From Deltaproteobacteria bacterium (GTDB taxonomy: Bacteria > Myxococcota_A > Polyangia > Fen-1088), in contig JANRKS010000007.1 in NCBI GenBank assembly GCA_033763315.1, positions 320,001 through 384,000 on the forward strand: a DNA stretch of 64,000 nt. The letters are read 5' to 3'. The notes under the pieces are model-generated. The model had not been told where the DNA came from and did no database searches. It worked only from the letters and a program-made list of their open reading frames with translations. Below, one piece after another: positions 10,471 through 20,446 of the stretch. The translations under genes and the position numbers were made by a program. How positions within the stretch are numbered: position 1 is the stretch's first letter; each line of letters starts with the position of its first letter.

Positions 10471-10824
10471 ATGGCGTCAATTCTCGTGTCTCGCATCACG
10501 TTCGTTGGTCACCACGGCGTGAGTGCCGCCGAGCGCGTGGACGCGCGACGTTTTGAAGTGGATGTGGAGCTGCAAGCAGAAGTGCACGCCGCGGAACGCA
10601 GCGATCGCTTGGGGGACACGCTCGATTACACCGAGATCGCTGACATCATCGTGGGCATCGGCACAGGCGCTTCGCACCACTTGATTGAGGCCTTGGGTCG
10701 CAAAATGTTGGACGCGCTTTCCGAGCGCTTTCGCAACACGCACATCAAGCTTGAGTTGCGTAAACTTTCGCCCCCCGGCTGCCCGGGCGATCCGGCATTC
10801 GCGGCCGTGCGGCTTGAGAACTAG
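10471..10824 (+). CDS. folB: Dihydroneopterin aldolase
   Basis: GHHGV..ER...FEVDVEL..SDRLGDTLDY..HLIEAL..LRK; ATG 10471. Confidence 0.93.
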   Translation: MASILVSRITFVGHHGVSAAERVDARRFEVDVELQAEVHAAERSDRLGDTLDYTEIADIIVGIGTGASHHLIEALGRKMLDALSERFRNTHIKLELRKLSPPGCPGDPAFAAVRLEN

Positions 10825-10857
10825 TTCGCCTTCCTTTCGCTTCGCGATGCACCAGCC

Positions 10858-12033
10858 ATGGTTGTGACCTTGCCTCCGTCCGCGGCGAACCTCGCGTGGG
10901 CGCAAAAGCGTTGGCGACAAAGCGGTGTCACAGCGCCGGCGGTGGCGGCATGTTTGGGGGGGGCCGCGGACGCCCTTACCCTAGCCGATCGCTTGCCTCT
11001 TTGGCTGTGGCGCACACGCGAACCAACGGCTTTCGCGGCGCTTGTGCGCCTGTTCGTGTTGGGGCAACCGGTGGGCGTTGCGTGGCTCACAAGCGCTTTG
11101 CCCGATGCTTTTGCCTGGGAAAAGCGTGGGCTTCTGCAAGTGCGTGGCAAGCAGGCCCACGCCACATTGGCGCTTAGCTTTCATGACGGGTTCGAGATTG
11201 TGGCCGACGTAGAACCGCGCAGTGCAAACGACGAACGTGAGCACGTTATGGGTGTCACGAGCGCGAGCCAAACATTGCAACGCTGCCTCATGCCCGGCAC
11301 CTACAAGCAAGCGCTTGACGTGGGCACAGGCTCAGGCGTGGTGGCGTTGGCCTTGGCCTCGCAGTGTCGCAACGTGCTTGGCACCGACATCAACAGGCGC
11401 GCTCTCGCCTTCGCACGGTTGAATGCAAAGCTCGTGGGCGCAACAAACATCCGCTTCGCCCGAACGAGCTTGTTTAAAGGCCTGCCCCAGAACCATTTCG
11501 ATTTGATCGTGGGCAACCTGCCGTTTGTGATCTCGCCTGAACAGCGTTTCGTTTACCGCGACGGGGGCCTGCCCTTGGACGCGTTCAGTGCCACCGTGGT
11601 TGGGCAGGCGGCACTGCACTTACGGCCGGGAGCGCACGCGCAATTCCTGGTGCAATGGGTTCACCCACGCGAGCCGCTCGCGGACGCACAAGAACGCGAA
11701 GAGGAGCGCTTGGCCAGTTGGGTGGCCGACAGCGCTTGCCACCTATTGGCTTTGCGGTTTCGTGCGCAGAAAGTGGAAGACTACGCGCTGGAATGGTCAC
11801 GAGGGCCGTTCGCCGCAACACCGGCCGCCGCGGTGAAACGATTCGACGCTTGGATGCGCTTTTACGAACGCCACAACATCGCCGCGGTAAGCACGGGGCT
11901 CATCGTCTTGCAGCGCCTGCGAGATCCAAGCCGCGAACGGCCGTGGCTGGCGGTGCAAGATTGGCCCACGCCCGAAGGGCCCTGCGGCGCCGACATCGCG
12001 GCACAACTTGCCGAAATCGCAGCCAGCCTTTAA
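10858..12033 (+). CDS. Class I SAM-dependent methyltransferase (PrmC/MTS-like core)
   Basis: LDVGTGSG, TDINRRA, IVGNLPF (NPPF-like), YRDGG. Confidence 0.88.
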   Translation: MVVTLPPSAANLAWAQKRWRQSGVTAPAVAACLGGAADALTLADRLPLWLWRTREPTAFAALVRLFVLGQPVGVAWLTSALPDAFAWEKRGLLQVRGKQAHATLALSFHDGFEIVADVEPRSANDEREHVMGVTSASQTLQRCLMPGTYKQALDVGTGSGVVALALASQCRNVLGTDINRRALAFARLNAKLVGATNIRFARTSLFKGLPQNHFDLIVGNLPFVISPEQRFVYRDGGLPLDAFSATVVGQAALHLRPGAHAQFLVQWVHPREPLADAQEREEERLASWVADSACHLLALRFRAQKVEDYALEWSRGPFAATPAAAVKRFDAWMRFYERHNIAAVSTGLIVLQRLRDPSRERPWLAVQDWPTPEGPCGADIAAQLAEIAASL

Positions 12034-12042
12034 CCCGCGGGT

Positions 12043-12405
12043 TCAGCTTTGGACTTTTTCAGGTTTGGTTTTCGCCCGGCGCGCCCGGCGGGCTTTCTGT
12101 TTGCGGCGCTTCGCCGCTTCGAGTGACTGTGGATCCGTGCCGCTGCCTTGCGCGGCTTCAATCCGATCACATAACAAACGCCGGGCAAAAAATCGGTTCA
12201 TACCCTGCGAGCGATCCTTTTGGCATTTGACGGCGATGCCCGTGGGCTTGTGAACCAACACCACGCACGAGGCAACCTTGTTCACGTTCTGGCCGCCGTT
12301 GCCACCCGAGCGCACGAAGCATTCCTCAAGATCCCCGTCGCGTATGCCGAGCGCGGCCATCCGCACGCGGAGGGCCTCATTTTTTTCGGGAGACACAGGA
12401 AACAT
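12043..12405 (-). CDS. Codon-independent peptidyl-tRNA hydrolase-like RF-1 domain protein (ArfB/C12orf65-like)
   Basis: [30 protein letters not shown]; basic tail [14 protein letters not shown]; no codon-recognition domains. Confidence 0.9.
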   Translation of the reverse strand: MFPVSPEKNEALRVRMAALGIRDGDLEECFVRSGGNGGQNVNKVASCVVLVHKPTGIAVKCQKDRSQGMNRFFARRLLCDRIEAAQGSGTDPQSLEAAKRRKQKARRARRAKTKPEKVQS

Positions 12406-12429
12406 CACCCCGCCTCCCTCGGGCCGCCG

Positions 12430-12807
12430 CTAAGGGCGCTCGGATTCTTCGTCTTCGCTTGCGACCACATCGTCCCAGAAGAGGTCCCAGGATTCACTTG
12501 TGGAGGTCAGGGCGATGGCGAGGCCCGCGTTGGCCAGGCCGCGGCCGGCTTCACCCAGGCTTGTAAAACAACGCACAACCACGCCAACGGCCAAGATAGG
12601 CTCACCCTTGGGGCCCGTGACTTTGATGCGCAATAAAGTGCCAGTGGGGCGCAGCTCCGGTGTGGCAGCGAACAGACCGCCGCGGCTCACGTCGACGGTG
12701 CGCGCGGGGAACTTGTGTCGCCCGTCCGTGATTTCGAGACGCACCTGAATGGGATTGCGCCTCGATGCGCGACGATCTTGTGCACTTTGTGATGACATCT
12801 GACGCAT
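12430..12807 (-). CDS. Stand-alone PilZ domain protein
   Basis: RRASRR and DVSRGG c-di-GMP motifs. Confidence 0.85.
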   Translation of the reverse strand: MRQMSSQSAQDRRASRRNPIQVRLEITDGRHKFPARTVDVSRGGLFAATPELRPTGTLLRIKVTGPKGEPILAVGVVVRCFTSLGEAGRGLANAGLAIALTSTSESWDLFWDDVVASEDEESERP

Positions 12808-12864
12808 TTTCCCGAGCTCCTGCCCTACCGCTATCCCTCGACACAGTGAGCGGAGGAATTAAGG

Positions 12865-12882
12865 ACTTTGTCCTGACAAAGT
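12865..12882. promoter_or_regulatory. Perfect inverted repeat, candidate operator upstream of the PilZ gene
   Basis: ACTTTGTC-CT-GACAAAGT in the intergenic region. Confidence 0.45.
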
Positions 12883-12954
12883 GACCGGCGCAACTTCCAA
12901 AGGCTGTGTGCACCCGGGCCATGGGGCATATGGCGCGGCACGCGGCAGCCGTCT

Positions 12955-13857
12955 TTACGCGTCAGCGCTGTCGCCCAAGACGCTGGTTAAAAACGCCTTC
13001 GCGTCGTCGGTCCAAACGTCGCCAAACGCCTGAGCGTAGACGACGGCTTCCTCTTTGGACCCGGCAATGGCGGCAGCAGGGTTGTCGACGCGGCGACGCA
13101 CCTGACCTAAAATCGCGCGACCCATATAGGGATTGGACTGGTGGGCAGATTCGAGGCTGGCGGCGGCCGCCGTTTTATCGCCGGTCAGGAACTGCGCCAG
13201 TGCCAAACCAACGTGAGCGCGCGCGGCCGCGGTCGGGAACGTGGCGGCGGCCTGCAGCAGGGGCACCGCCTCCGCCGGACGCTCGAGTTTCACCAAGGCC
13301 TTGGCGGCCACCAACCGGGCCTCTGTGCCCACAGCGCCGTCGTCGATCGCGTAGACATTGGCCAGCGTGGATGCGGCTTTCTCGAACTCACCATCGTCGA
13401 ACGCCAAGCACCCTAGCGCGTGGCTGGCGCGGATATAGGGCTGTGCATCGGGGCGTGTGAAGGCATCTTTGACGCCCTCTTCTTTGAGCTTCGTCGCAAC
13501 GTCATGTTGCTTGGCGATGGCCAGGTTGAATCGTTCGACCGCCGCGTCTTTTTCGCCCTGCGAGAGTTTCGACATGCCAACGCCCACAACGGCATCCACA
13601 AGTTCTGGATCGAGGGCCAAAGCCTCGCTGAATTTCTTCTCGGCCGCGCCGGGACGCCGCTGCTCAAACAAGCGCCAGCCGGCCAGCAACACCGCGCGCG
13701 CGTTGGGCGCTTCGGCGACCGGCGCCGTGGCGGCTTCGTCATCGCGGAGGTGGCATTTCTTATACTTCTTGCCGGAACCGCAGGGACAAAGGTCGTTGCG
13801 GCCGGCGGACGAAAGGCGTTGTTTGGCGGATTGCGGGGCAGCTTGTTCGAGTGTCAT
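12955..13857 (-). CDS. SEC-C motif + TPR protein
   Basis: [18 protein letters not shown] followed by TPR-like helical repeats; ATG 13857. Confidence 0.9.
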   Translation of the reverse strand: MTLEQAAPQSAKQRLSSAGRNDLCPCGSGKKYKKCHLRDDEAATAPVAEAPNARAVLLAGWRLFEQRRPGAAEKKFSEALALDPELVDAVVGVGMSKLSQGEKDAAVERFNLAIAKQHDVATKLKEEGVKDAFTRPDAQPYIRASHALGCLAFDDGEFEKAASTLANVYAIDDGAVGTEARLVAAKALVKLERPAEAVPLLQAAATFPTAAARAHVGLALAQFLTGDKTAAAASLESAHQSNPYMGRAILGQVRRRVDNPAAAIAGSKEEAVVYAQAFGDVWTDDAKAFLTSVLGDSADA

Positions 13858-13900
13858 GGTGGCTCCGAGGGAGGCACACCATAGCATCACTTGCGGCCGT

Positions 13901-14638
13901 TTATCGAGGCCGCGTCGGGCCCATCTTGTTCACTTCATTTTGCAAAGTGGCCAAGGTGTTCTTATCGACTTCTGTGAGGCGAATGCCCAAACGCTTTTCG
14001 TGTTTTGCCACAACCTTGCCTTTGCCGTTGAACAAGACACGTCCATCGAGGCTCACGATCGCGACGTCGTAAAGGGTGCCAAGCGGCACATCTTCCACGC
14101 CGGGAACCACGAAACCGCCGAGGCGAATGTTCAAGAGCGGGTTGTAAACGAAGTAGCCAGCGGTGGCCGGATTGACCTGGATCTGCAGGGTACGACCCGC
14201 GAACACCACGCCATCGGCGATGGGCGTGGCGCCGCTGAGTCCGATGAGCGCGTCGACGGCTGAAGGATCCGTAAGCTCGGGCGCCACCGTGGGCCGTTTG
14301 CCCTCGCGCGTGTTCACTTCAACGATGCGCTCAATGAGCGCCCGGGTGGGCTCGTCCACTTGCACGAACCGCACGCCCACGCCTGGTGGGTTCACGCTTT
14401 GGCGCACCACTTCGGCCATGCCTTTGAGCAACGCAAAGCCGTCCGCCAAGGAAAACTCGAACTCCATCAAGCTGCCCACATCGGCAAGCTCACGCGTGGC
14501 GATGAACATGCCGGAACGGCTGATGTTCGCCGATTGCGTTTCAACAAAATCGATGATGCTTGCAAAGCGAAAGCGAACGGGGGCAATCACGCCAGCGCGA
14601 GGATCCCGAGAGGGGCCTGTGTAGGGTTGATCGGCCAT
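13901..14638 (-). CDS. TIGR02266-like tandem PilZ-fold protein
   Basis: RDPR...[11 protein letters not shown]...[10 protein letters not shown]; second PilZ-like half ending LGIRLTEVD. Confidence 0.8.
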   Translation of the reverse strand: MADQPYTGPSRDPRAGVIAPVRFRFASIIDFVETQSANISRSGMFIATRELADVGSLMEFEFSLADGFALLKGMAEVVRQSVNPPGVGVRFVQVDEPTRALIERIVEVNTREGKRPTVAPELTDPSAVDALIGLSGATPIADGVVFAGRTLQIQVNPATAGYFVYNPLLNIRLGGFVVPGVEDVPLGTLYDVAIVSLDGRVLFNGKGKVVAKHEKRLGIRLTEVDKNTLATLQNEVNKMGPTRPR

Positions 14639-14668
14639 TCGCCGCCTTGTCCGTGTGGGCTCGAGTGC

Positions 14669-14941
14669 TTAGGGAGAGGGGGGAACAAATTCAGCCGGCA
14701 ATTTACCGCCATCGCCGAAAAAGAACTGCTCGGCCTGTTCAAGCAAGATCTGTTGCCCTTGCGGCGAAGTTAGATCCAGACGGTATTCATTAACGATCTT
14801 CTTCGAGAACTCCACCCACTGCATCCAAGCTTGTTGGGAGATGCCATCGTAGATTCGTTGCCCCAGTTCGTTGTTGAAGGGCTTGTAGGCCATGCCTGGC
14901 AATTCCTGACCAAGCTTCGCGCATTTTACAATTCGTGGCAT
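14669..14941 (-). CDS. yggX: Fe(II)-trafficking / oxidative damage protection protein
   Basis: VKCAKL...[16 protein letters not shown]...VNEYRL. Confidence 0.93.
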   Translation of the reverse strand: MPRIVKCAKLGQELPGMAYKPFNNELGQRIYDGISQQAWMQWVEFSKKIVNEYRLDLTSPQGQQILLEQAEQFFFGDGGKLPAEFVPPSP

Positions 14942-15039
14942 GAACGTTCTGTGCTCCCGGCGCGGTGAATAGCTGCGCCGTCACACAGAGTGGCAGGCCC
15001 AAGACGAGGACGCAAGCCAGCGCAAAACCAACAAAAAAA

Positions 15040-15121
15040 GGTCCCGGACACCCGTGCGGCTGATTACCGTTGCTCCCTTCCGGGCCTGGCGGGGTTCGCC
15101 AGCGTTACGCCGCCCGGGACC
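15040..15121 (-). ncRNA. ffs: Signal recognition particle RNA (small bacterial 4.5S type)
   Basis: Minus strand GCCAGGCCCGGAAGGGAGCAACGG domain IV core; closing stem GGTCCC/GGGACC followed by a U-tract; ends approximate. Confidence 0.93.
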
Positions 15122-15222
15122 AACGGTATTACTGTCATGAAAAGCGCCGCTTCGCCAGCACCGGCTTCGCGTTTTTGCGGTTCGAGGGGAGGCTTGCCCC
15201 CCAAGAAAAACCACGCACGCCT

Positions 15223-15310
15223 TGGAGGAGAGAGAGGGATTCGAACCCTCGGAACCTCACGGTTCACACGATTTCCAATCGTGCGCCTTCGACCACTCGG
15301 CCACCTCTCC
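15223..15310 (-). tRNA. tRNA-Ser(GGA)
   Basis: Acceptor GGAGAGG/TCTCTCC, anticodon arm CACGA-TTGGAAA-TCGTG, long variable arm, GGGTTCGAATCCC, discriminator T, encoded CCA. Confidence 0.97.
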
Positions 15311-15350
15311 GGGCAAACTCCACCCGCCGCTACATATTCATTTTTTTTTG

Positions 15351-15438
15351 AGGAGAGGGAGGGATTCGAACCCTCGTTGGGCGTAAACCCAAACCTGATT
15401 TCGAATCAGGCGCCTTCGACCAGCTCGACCACCTCTCC
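15351..15438 (-). tRNA. tRNA-Ser(CGA)
   Basis: Acceptor GGAGAGG/CCTCTCC, anticodon arm CCTGA-TTCGAAA-TCAGG, long variable arm, discriminator T, no encoded CCA. Confidence 0.97.
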
Positions 15439-15543
15439 AGGTTTCGAGACACGAACGTATGCCCCGCAAGGGGCCCTGCCGTCAAGGCCCTGCGTGCATG
15501 CGCCGGTGGGATCTTCGCGTGGGAAGAGCTAGCATGCGCCCCC

Positions 15544-16953
15544 ATGACAGCTTTCGGCACCCTCGTTCGTGCACGTCTCACCCTGATCCTATCCACTTTC
15601 ACCGCCGCGGCTGCAGCCACGCCGGCGATGGCGCAACCCGCGGCCCAGCCAGCCGTGACGTCAGTGAGCCCGCTAAGGGTGGAAGTCACCTTCGACCACG
15701 CCAATTGGACGTACGCGCTTGGTGAATCTGCCCGATGCACGGCGCGCGCCCTGCGCGATGGCAGCCCCGTGGTGGGCACCAAGCTGCACTACAGCGTGGG
15801 CTACGAGAAGATGCCGCCGCTACAAACGGGCGACATCGCGATGAATGAAACGGGCGTCACGTTTGAAACGGGCCCCATCGCATCCCCTGGATTCATCGCA
15901 TGCGAAGTCGAAGCCGAAATTGGCGGACGCACCTATCGGGGGCATGCGGCGGCGGGGTTCGCGCCAGAACAACTGCGCCCCACCGTTGAAGATCCGAAGG
16001 ACTTCGATGCCTTTTGGCAGGCGGGCAAGGCACAGCTGGCAAAGTTGCCGCTCGACGCGCGTGTGACGCCCGCGCCAGAACGCAGCGCCGCCGGCGTGGA
16101 CTGCTTCTCTGTGAATCTGCAAAACGTGGGGCAAGGAAAAGGCGGCAGTGATGGCAAAGGGCCAACGCCAAGCCGCTTTTACGGAATCTTGTGCGAGCCC
16201 CAAGGGCGTGGGCCGTTCCCGGCTTTGTTGCTCGTGCCCGGCGCGGGCATTCGGTCCTATAAAGGCGCCGCCGACATTTCAGCCAAGGGCATCATCACGT
16301 TGCAAGTGGGCATTCACGGCATACCCGTAAACTTGGAAGATGAAGTTTACGACTCGCTCGGCAAAGCGGGCCTGCAGAACTACCCGCTCATCCACAGCGA
16401 AGACAAAGACAACTACTACTACCGGCGGGTGTACCTGGGCGCCGTGCGCGCGAACGATTTCCTGGTGCAGCGGCCGCGCTGGGACAAAGCGCACCTGGGC
16501 GTGATGGGCGGCAGCCAAGGCGGCGCCTTGGCGATCACAACGGCCGCGCTAGACAAGCGTGTGACCGCTTTGGTTTCCTATTATCCAGCGCTTTCTGATC
16601 ACACAGGCTTTCTCAAGGGCCGCACCGGAGGGTGGCCTTTCTTATTGCGGCCAGAGCCGATGCGTACGCCCGCACGCATCGAAACGCTGGCTTACTACGA
16701 CGTGGTTAACTTCGCGCGCCGGGTGATTGCGCCAGGATTTTACTCATGGGGCTATAACGATGAGACATGCCCGCCCACGTCTACGTTCGCGGCATTTAAT
16801 GTCATCAAGGCGCCCAAAACGTTGACGTTGGCGCTGGCCAATGGCCACTTCACCACACCCGAGCAATCGGCGCAGGCGGAAGAATGGTTGTGGGCGCGTT
16901 TTGGCCTGGCCACCAAGCGGCCCAATGTGGCGGTCAAGGGGGCAAAGCCATGA
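15544..16953 (+). CDS. Secreted acetylxylan esterase / cephalosporin-C deacetylase (CE7-like)
   Basis: Signal peptide AMA|Q; DFDAFW, GGSQGG nucleophile, DETCPP, NGH. Confidence 0.92.
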   Translation: MTAFGTLVRARLTLILSTFTAAAAATPAMAQPAAQPAVTSVSPLRVEVTFDHANWTYALGESARCTARALRDGSPVVGTKLHYSVGYEKMPPLQTGDIAMNETGVTFETGPIASPGFIACEVEAEIGGRTYRGHAAAGFAPEQLRPTVEDPKDFDAFWQAGKAQLAKLPLDARVTPAPERSAAGVDCFSVNLQNVGQGKGGSDGKGPTPSRFYGILCEPQGRGPFPALLLVPGAGIRSYKGAADISAKGIITLQVGIHGIPVNLEDEVYDSLGKAGLQNYPLIHSEDKDNYYYRRVYLGAVRANDFLVQRPRWDKAHLGVMGGSQGGALAITTAALDKRVTALVSYYPALSDHTGFLKGRTGGWPFLLRPEPMRTPARIETLAYYDVVNFARRVIAPGFYSWGYNDETCPPTSTFAAFNVIKAPKTLTLALANGHFTTPEQSAQAEEWLWARFGLATKRPNVAVKGAKP

Positions 16954-17369
16954 AGTACCTGCACACGATGATCCGGGTGTCGAACATTGAGGCATCGTTG
17001 CGCTTCTTCTGCGAGGGCCTCGGCCTGCGGGAGGTGCGGCGCAAGGAGTCCGAAAAAGGCCGCTTCACGTTGATCTTTTTGGCCGCGCCCGGCGATGACC
17101 ACGCCGAGGTGGAGCTGACGTACAACTGGGATCCGGAGGCCTATACGGGGGGACGCAACTTCGGTCATCTTGCTTACGAAGTGCCTGACGTTTACGCGGC
17201 TTGCGAACGCCTGCAGAAGATTGGCGTGGTTATCAACCGCCCTCCGCGTGATGGCCGCATGGCTTTCGTGCGCTCGCCGGATTTAATATCGATCGAGCTG
17301 CTTCAGCAAGGCGGCGCTTTGCCACCGCAAGAGCCGTGGGCGTCGATGCCGAACCAAGGGGTCTGGTGA
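16950..17369 (+). CDS. gloA: Lactoylglutathione lyase (glyoxalase I, VOC family)
   Basis: [34 protein letters not shown]; ATGA overlap. Confidence 0.92.
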   Translation: MKYLHTMIRVSNIEASLRFFCEGLGLREVRRKESEKGRFTLIFLAAPGDDHAEVELTYNWDPEAYTGGRNFGHLAYEVPDVYAACERLQKIGVVINRPPRDGRMAFVRSPDLISIELLQQGGALPPQEPWASMPNQGVW

Positions 17370-17920
17370 AACGCCTTATTTCGTATTTCCTCCGCGGTGT
17401 GGTTTTCATCGCGCCGATCGGCCTCACGCTGTGGATGTTGTTGGGCACCGTGGCCGCCGTGGATGGCTGGGCGCGCACGCAGCTCGGGCTGCCATTTCCC
17501 GGCATGGGCGTGGTCATCACGGTGGCATTCGTCACGTTCGTGGGCTTCTTGGCGTCGAACTTTTTGACGAAGCGCTTGGTTGCCACGTTCGAGCGTCTGT
17601 TCGATCGGCTGCCACTCGTGAAACTGCTACATGGCTCGCTCAAAGACGTGTTCAATGCGTTTGTCGGCGACAAACGGCGCTTCGATAAGCCCGTGGTGGT
17701 GAACCTCAACAGCGAAGGTTCAGTCAAGGCGTTGGGCTTCGTGACCCGAACCGATCTGCGCGAATACTTGGTGGAGGATTTTGTAGCCGTCTACTTTCCT
17801 CAGGCTTACAACTTTGCTGGCCAAGTGGTGCTGGTGCCTGCGTCCGCTGTTCAGGCGCTGCCGATGGCGTCATCGGACGTGATGACGTTCATTGTGTCAG
17901 GCGGCATCTCGGGCAAATAG
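17366..17920 (+). CDS. DUF502 family membrane protein
   Basis: Two TMs, RLPLVK..Y/H.S.KD, LGFVT, FIVSGG; GTGA overlap. Confidence 0.88.
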   Translation: MKRLISYFLRGVVFIAPIGLTLWMLLGTVAAVDGWARTQLGLPFPGMGVVITVAFVTFVGFLASNFLTKRLVATFERLFDRLPLVKLLHGSLKDVFNAFVGDKRRFDKPVVVNLNSEGSVKALGFVTRTDLREYLVEDFVAVYFPQAYNFAGQVVLVPASAVQALPMASSDVMTFIVSGGISGK

Positions 17921-17960
17921 AAAACCCCTCGCTTCTTGCAACAGCGCAAGAAGCGAAGGG
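17921..17960 (-). terminator. Intrinsic terminator between convergent DUF502 and hsp20 genes
   Basis: Stem CCCCTCGCTTCTTGC/GCAAGAAGCGAAGGG with a T-run on the minus strand. Confidence 0.7.
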
Positions 17961-18003
17961 TGACGAGTCCAGTAACGCAGCAGTGGCGCTGCACCGGGTC
18001 ACA

Positions 18004-18483
18004 CTATGTTTCAGCCTTGGCCGGACCAGAGATGCTGATGGTGCGTGGCTTTTCCTCGGGGCGCTTCGGAATGGTCACGGTGAGCACGCCGTCCTTCATG
18101 AGCGCCGACACTGAATCAGGATTGGTGCCTTCGGGCAGCGCGAATGATCGTGCGAAGCTGCCATAGGAACGCTCCGTAACGTGGTAACGGTCTTTCTCTT
18201 CCGTGGTTTCTTCGTGACGGTGGCCTTCAATGCGCAGCACATTGCCCGTCAATGTGATCTTCACGTCCTCCTGTTTGAGGCCGGGCAGATCCGCCTTTAC
18301 GACGTAGCCTTCCGCGTTTTCTTTCACCTCGACTGACGGCACAAAGGATGCTGCCTTGCGTGCCAAGCCCGCCCCTTCGCGTCCCCAGAACTCTTCCATG
18401 GCGCGGAACGGATCTGCGGCCCACACATTGCCAAACAAAGAAGGAACCGATGGCCAAGCCGTGTTCTTACGTACCAGTGACAT
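18004..18483 (-). CDS. Hsp20/alpha-crystallin small heat shock protein
   Basis: ADLPGLKQEDV, ERSYGSFARSFALP, DGVLTVTIPK; RBS GAGGAGG. Confidence 0.96.
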   Translation of the reverse strand: MSLVRKNTAWPSVPSLFGNVWAADPFRAMEEFWGREGAGLARKAASFVPSVEVKENAEGYVVKADLPGLKQEDVKITLTGNVLRIEGHRHEETTEEKDRYHVTERSYGSFARSFALPEGTNPDSVSALMKDGVLTVTIPKRPEEKPRTISISGPAKAET

Positions 18484-18565
18484 GACTGCAACCTCCTCTT
18501 TCGTTGCTCTCGAGGAGAATCAGAATCACGCCAAATACAGCGTCAACACCCCTTGCTTGGGACGT

Positions 18566-19423
18566 TCAACGTGGCGCTGGACGGCCCGGCCGCGGCAACC
18601 CTGGAAGCCCCACCATCGCCGCTGTGCGCTCATAGAATTTGGACGTCGTGAGCGGGTCGCCGGCCAACGGATGGCAGCGCGTTGCCATGCCCTCGACAAA
18701 ATACTTTCCGGTCACCCGGCCGCCTTCCTCTGCGAGCGCCAAATACACGGAGGTGGCGGAGCCTTTCTCAGCGCTGTCGAGGCCCTCGATGCCAAAACCT
18801 TCTTTAAGCAATTTCGTGGACACCACGCCCGGATGCAACGCGTTCGACTTGATGCCGTGTGCGGCGGTGCGGCGGGCCAGCTCAACGCTAAACAAGACGA
18901 GCGCCAATTTAGAGCTGGCATAGGCCAACGAATCGTCCCATTCACGTTCACCCTGCAGGTTGTCCCAATCGAAGCGGCAACGGATGTGCGTGTTGGACGA
19001 AACGTTGATCACGCGCCCGCTCGCGCTGCGCTTTAAGTGGGGCAATAACAAGTGAGACAACGTGAACGGTGCCAAATAGTTCACGGCGTACGTGGCTTCG
19101 AAACCGTCTCGCGTTAGCATGCGCTCGCGCATGAAGACGCCCGCGTTGTTGATGAGTACGTCGAGGCGATCGTATGTGGCCAAGATCTGTTCCGACATGG
19201 CGTGGATTTCCGCCAACGAAGACAGATCAGCCGACGCTTGCCCCACCCAAGGTGTGCCAGCGCTGCGGGCCACGTCTTCAGCGGCGGCGGCGGTACGTTC
19301 AGGCGAACGTCCGTGCACGATGACACGAGCGCCCCGCTCGGCCAGCATGATGGCGGTTTGTTTACCGATACCATCGGTGGCCCCTGTGACCAGAATCAGA
19401 GGACTATCGTCCTGGTTGCTCAC
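18566..19423 (-). CDS. SDR family oxidoreductase (retinol-dehydrogenase-like)
   Basis: TGATDGIG, NNAG, YASSK, HPGVVST. Confidence 0.93.
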   Translation of the reverse strand: MSNQDDSPLILVTGATDGIGKQTAIMLAERGARVIVHGRSPERTAAAAEDVARSAGTPWVGQASADLSSLAEIHAMSEQILATYDRLDVLINNAGVFMRERMLTRDGFEATYAVNYLAPFTLSHLLLPHLKRSASGRVINVSSNTHIRCRFDWDNLQGEREWDDSLAYASSKLALVLFSVELARRTAAHGIKSNALHPGVVSTKLLKEGFGIEGLDSAEKGSATSVYLALAEEGGRVTGKYFVEGMATRCHPLAGDPLTTSKFYERTAAMVGLPGLPRPGRPAPR

Positions 19424-19528
19424 GGTGTTCTTTATCGGTGTGGTGCGCAGACGCGCGTGGAAGATGATGGCATTGGCGACAACGCCAAATGTACAGCCGA
19501 CAAGCTTTAGTCGAAAACGTGCCGAGTT

Positions 19529-20446
19529 TCAAACGAAGGTGATCCATTGCGGCCAAGTGAGCCCCGGCCCCCGCACCGCCTCGGTGAACGCGGCGGCCAG
19601 CCGTTGCGTGACGGGCCCGGGCGTGCCCCTGCCTAAGGCAAGTCCATCAATGTGACTTATGGGCGTTACTTCCACCGCCGTGCCGGTGAAAAAAGCCTCG
19701 TCGGCCCCGTAGAGGGCGTCGCGGGTGAAGGTTTGTTCAACCACCTTAAAGCCTAACCCCTGCGCGATCGCGATAGCCGCGTCCCGCGTGATCCCCGCGA
19801 GAATCGGAGACGACAGGGGCGGCGTGTGCAACTCGTCGTTCCACACCGCGAACACATTTTGTGCCGTTCCCTCTGCAACGCAGCCACCGGCGTCCAGCAA
19901 CAAGGCTTCGTCAAAACCAAGCCGCGTGGCCTCCCGCTTGGCCATCACCGAAAGAGCGTATTGCCCGGTGACCTTGGCTTTGGTCATCACGCTGTTGGGG
20001 TGCGCCCGCACAAAGGAGCTGACCTGCACGCGCACACCTTTGCGTTGCGCCTCGGCCCCGAGCGGAGACTGCCAACGCCATGCGAACACAACGGTGGTGG
20101 TGGGGTTGCCTGTGGCGCCGAGGCCCAATGACCCTGCGTCTGTGAACACCAAGGGACGGATGTACGCTTCGTCTAGCTGGTTGTCGCGCAGAACCTCGAG
20201 GCATGCTTGCACAAGTTCATCTTCGGTGTAGGCCACGGGGATGCCGAACACACGCGCCGATTGCAGCAGCCTCCGAATGTGCTCATGCAAACGAAACACA
20301 CCGCTGCGCCCATCTTGCCGGCGGTAGCAACGAATGCCTTCGAATACACCCACGCCATAGTGCAATCCGAAGCTCGTGACGTGAACCTGGCAATCGGCGA
20401 ACGGTTTGAGCTGCCCGTTAACCCAAGCGCTTTTGGCGTTGATCAT
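19529..20446 (-). CDS. ilvE: Branched-chain amino acid aminotransferase
   Basis: LHYGVGVFEGIR, KAKVTGQY, EGTAQN, ILAGITR, GTAVEVTPI. Confidence 0.95.
   Translation of the reverse strand: MINAKSAWVNGQLKPFADCQVHVTSFGLHYGVGVFEGIRCYRRQDGRSGVFRLHEHIRRLLQSARVFGIPVAYTEDELVQACLEVLRDNQLDEAYIRPLVFTDAGSLGLGATGNPTTTVVFAWRWQSPLGAEAQRKGVRVQVSSFVRAHPNSVMTKAKVTGQYALSVMAKREATRLGFDEALLLDAGGCVAEGTAQNVFAVWNDELHTPPLSSPILAGITRDAAIAIAQGLGFKVVEQTFTRDALYGADEAFFTGTAVEVTPISHIDGLALGRGTPGPVTQRLAAAFTEAVRGPGLTWPQWITFV

Noticed and set aside
15122-15222. Small hairpin GGGGAGGCTTGCCCCCC between tRNA-Ser and ffs as a REP or ncRNA
   Set aside because: Single copy, short, no other support.
15223-15438. tRNA-Ser genes as an island or prophage attachment site
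   Set aside because: No integrase nearby and no duplicated tRNA 3' end noticed elsewhere in the window.
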